This document shows, piece after piece, positions 62,011 to 64,000 of a stretch of DNA of 64,000 nucleotides. The position numbers and the translations under genes were made by a program. The notes beneath the pieces are model-generated. The model did not search any database, was not told the origin of the DNA, and worked only from the letters and a program-made list of their open reading frames with translations. This DNA is from Caulobacteraceae bacterium (GTDB lineage: Bacteria; Pseudomonadota; Alphaproteobacteria; Caulobacterales; Caulobacteraceae), in contig DASVRA010000011.1 of NCBI GenBank assembly GCA_036388855.1, positions 38,253 to 102,252 of the forward strand, written 5' to 3'. Numbering within the stretch: position 1 is the first letter of the stretch; each line of letters opens with the position of its first letter.

Positions 62011-62168
62011 CCCTTCCCCCTTGATGGGGGAAGGGCCGGGGATGGGGGTGTTCGCTCCAAACTCGCCAGGCAAGCACGAGAGGAAAGGCGTTTTTCCTCT
62101 CGCGCCGTCTGCGTTCAGGCTTAGGGCCACACCCTCACCCCTGCCCCTCTCCCATCGAGGGAGAGGGG
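62011..62168. repeat. three G/C-rich hairpins occupying the pheS-pheT spacer
   Basis: CCCTTCCCCC-TTGAT-GGGGGAAGGG (62011-62035); GAGAGGAAA-GGCGTT-TTTCCTCTC (62078-62101); CCCCTCTCCC-ATCGA-GGGAGAGGGG (62144-62168). Confidence 0.8.
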
Positions 62169-62186
62169 TTCCTAGCGCCCTCCTCA

Positions 62187-63260
62187 TCAACTCAGCCCCG
62201 TCGCCTGGTTCGGCGCGGCGAACGCGCTGAAGCCGTAGTGCGCCAGCCAGCGGGTGTCGGCGGCGAACATGTCGCGCAGGTCGGGGATGCCGTACTTGAG
62301 CATCGCCAGACGGTCGGCGCCCATGCCGAAGGCGAAGCCCTGCCATTCGTCCGGGTCCAGGTCGCAGTTGCGCAGCACGTTCGGGTGCACCATCCCCGAG
62401 CCCAGGATCTCCAGCCAATCGTCGCCGGTGTTCAGTTTCAGCTCCCCTGCGGAGCAATCGCAGCGGATGTCCATCTCCGCGGACGGTTCGGTGAAGGGGA
62501 AGTGGTGGGGGCGGAAGCGGGCGTCGACGTGGTCCATCTCGAAGAACCGGGCGACGAAGGTCTCCAGCGTCCCCTTCAGGTGGCCCATGTGGATGCCGCG
62601 GTCGATCACCAGCCCCTCGACCTGGTGGAACATCGGCGTGTGGGTCTGGTCGGAGTCCTTCCGGTAGGTGCGGCCGGGCGCGATGATCCGGATCGGCGGC
62701 GCCTTGCTCATCATGGTGCGTACCTGCACCGGCGAGGTGTGGGTGCGCAGCACCATCCGCTCCCCGTCCGGGCGGGGGTGGAAGAAGAAGGTGTCGTGGG
62801 TTTCCCGCGCGGGGTGCTCGGGCGGGAAGTTCAGGGCGGTGAAGTTGTGGAAGTCGTCCTCGATGTCCGGCCCCTCGGCCACCTCGAAGCCGAGGTCGGC
62901 GAAGATGGCGATCATCTCGTCCATCACCTGCATGGTCGGATGGACCGACCCACGCCGGCGCGGCGGGGCCGGCAGGGAGAGGTCGACGCGCTGAGAGGCC
63001 AGCTGCGCCTCCAGCGCCGCCTCCTCGAGCTCCGCCTTGCGCGCGGCGATGGCGGTGGCGATGCGGTCGCGCAGGGCGTTGATTTGGGGACCCCGCTCGC
63101 GGCGTTCCTCGGGGCTCATGGCGCCGAGCGTCTTGAGCAGGGCCGAGACCGATCCGGACTTACCGAGCGCCCCCACGCGCGCGGCGTCGAGCGCCGCGAG
63201 ATCGGTGGCGGCGGCGATCTGGGCCGCCAGACCGGCCTCAAGGGAATTCAGGTCGCTCAT
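62187..63260 (-). CDS. pheS: phenylalanine--tRNA ligase alpha subunit
   Basis: Class II motifs: [45 protein letters not shown]. Confidence 0.95.
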   Translation of the reverse strand: MSDLNSLEAGLAAQIAAATDLAALDAARVGALGKSGSVSALLKTLGAMSPEERRERGPQINALRDRIATAIAARKAELEEAALEAQLASQRVDLSLPAPPRRRGSVHPTMQVMDEMIAIFADLGFEVAEGPDIEDDFHNFTALNFPPEHPARETHDTFFFHPRPDGERMVLRTHTSPVQVRTMMSKAPPIRIIAPGRTYRKDSDQTHTPMFHQVEGLVIDRGIHMGHLKGTLETFVARFFEMDHVDARFRPHHFPFTEPSAEMDIRCDCSAGELKLNTGDDWLEILGSGMVHPNVLRNCDLDPDEWQGFAFGMGADRLAMLKYGIPDLRDMFAADTRWLAHYGFSAFAAPNQATGLS

Positions 63261-63289
63261 GGCGCGCTTCTAGGCAGGCTGTCCCCCAC

Positions 63290-63387
63290 TGTCATCCCGG
63301 CCGGAGCGCGCGAGCGCGGAGAGCCGGGACCCAGCCCAGCCGCAGCACTGGGTCCCGGGTAGCCGCTGCGCGGCTCCCGGGATGACA
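63290..63387. repeat. 98-bp nested palindromic element in the rplT-pheS spacer
   Basis: Outer inverted repeat TGTCATCCCGG (63290-63300) / CCGGGATGACA (63377-63387). Inner inverted repeat CCGGGACCCAG (63324-63334) / CTGGGTCCCGG (63348-63358). Confidence 0.8.
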
Positions 63388-63406
63388 CGGTGTGCGATCG
63401 TGGGCC

Positions 63407-63763
63407 TTAGCCCAGCGCCGCGCGCGCCTGGTCGGCGATGGCGCGGAAGGCGACGGGGTCGTTGCCGGCGATGTCCGCCAACACCTTGCGGTCGATGTCG
63501 ATCCCGGCCTTGTCCAGCCCGCCCATAAATCGCGAGTAGGTCATCCCCTCCAGCCGCGCCGCCGCGTTGATCCGCTGGATCCATAAAGCCCGGAATGAGC
63601 GCTTCTTGTTGCGCCGGTCGCGGTAGGCGTACTGGCCCGCCCGGTCGACGGCCTGCTTGGCGATGCGGATGGTGTTCTTGCGCCGGCCGTAGAAGCCCTT
63701 GGCCTGCTCCAGCACCTTCTTGTGGCGGGCGTGGGCGACGACGCCCCGTTTCACTCTAGCCAT
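63407..63763 (-). CDS. rplT: 50S ribosomal protein L20
   Basis: [30 protein letters not shown]... Confidence 0.95.
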   Translation of the reverse strand: MARVKRGVVAHARHKKVLEQAKGFYGRRKNTIRIAKQAVDRAGQYAYRDRRNKKRSFRALWIQRINAAARLEGMTYSRFMGGLDKAGIDIDRKVLADIAGNDPVAFRAIADQARAALG

Positions 63764-63781
63764 GTGTCACCTGTGTCCTGA

Positions 63782-63982
63782 TCAGCCGCCGTAGGGGAAG
63801 TAGGCCTTGATGGTCTTAGCGTCGGATTCCGACATGACCTTCGTGCCCCGCCGCTGGCGGATGTATTTGCCGTTGTGGCTGATCAGCCGGTGGCGCTTGC
63901 CCGCGACGCCGGCCTTGATCCTGCCGGACGCGGTGAGTTTGAAGCGCTTCTTGGCGCCCGATTTGGTCTTCAGTTTCGGCAT
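63782..63982 (-). CDS. rpmI: 50S ribosomal protein L35
   Basis: [23 protein letters not shown]... Confidence 0.95.
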   Translation of the reverse strand: MPKLKTKSGAKKRFKLTASGRIKAGVAGKRHRLISHNGKYIRQRRGTKVMSESDAKTIKAYFPYGG

Positions 63983-64000
63983 TTCCCTGCGGGCGTGAGC

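Overview
High-GC chromosomal segment. My hand counts of single 60-nt lines give about 65-77 % G+C in ordinary genes. Gene content and order look alphaproteobacterial, possibly Caulobacterales-like (inference): gap-pgk-class I aldolase, membrane-anchored cytochrome c, HWE histidine kinase, DUF1134/EipA-like, COQ9-like, rpmI-rplT-pheS-pheT.

About 58 protein-coding genes can be supported. Most are core metabolism or translation (prfC, lepA, pheST, grpE, dapB, tdh-kbl, scoAB, phaC), with an unusually dense set of peptidases and cell-wall enzymes (M17, C40, M1, two M13, Ntn-asparaginase, YkuD L,D-transpeptidase + DUF882). By eye I found no rRNA, tRNA, CRISPR array, integrase or transposase.

Three loci break the pattern:
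1. A 3.2-kb low-GC island (51.46-54.69 kb) carries a Dam-class MTase convergent with a ParB-fold/HTH gene and an orphan gene. This is the best candidate for an undescribed defence or R-M-like module.
2. A frameshifted GmrSD-type (DUF262+DUF1524) gene carries an extra C-terminal AlbA_2/Schlafen-type domain (16.2-18.4 kb).
3. A low-GC orphan gene is wedged precisely between gap and pgk (9.8-10.35 kb).

Other points worth a look:
- a 0.6-kb ORF-free, purine-skewed, hairpin-rich spacer (22.2-22.8 kb)
- a SerB-SerA fusion
- families of G/C-rich hairpin repeats filling several intergenic spacers, including the pheS-pheT and rplT-pheS spacers

All functional calls come from motif recognition in the supplied ORF translations, with no database search. 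Start codons were moved by hand where the ORF track begins upstream of a better start. The ORF track prints M for GTG/TTG starts.
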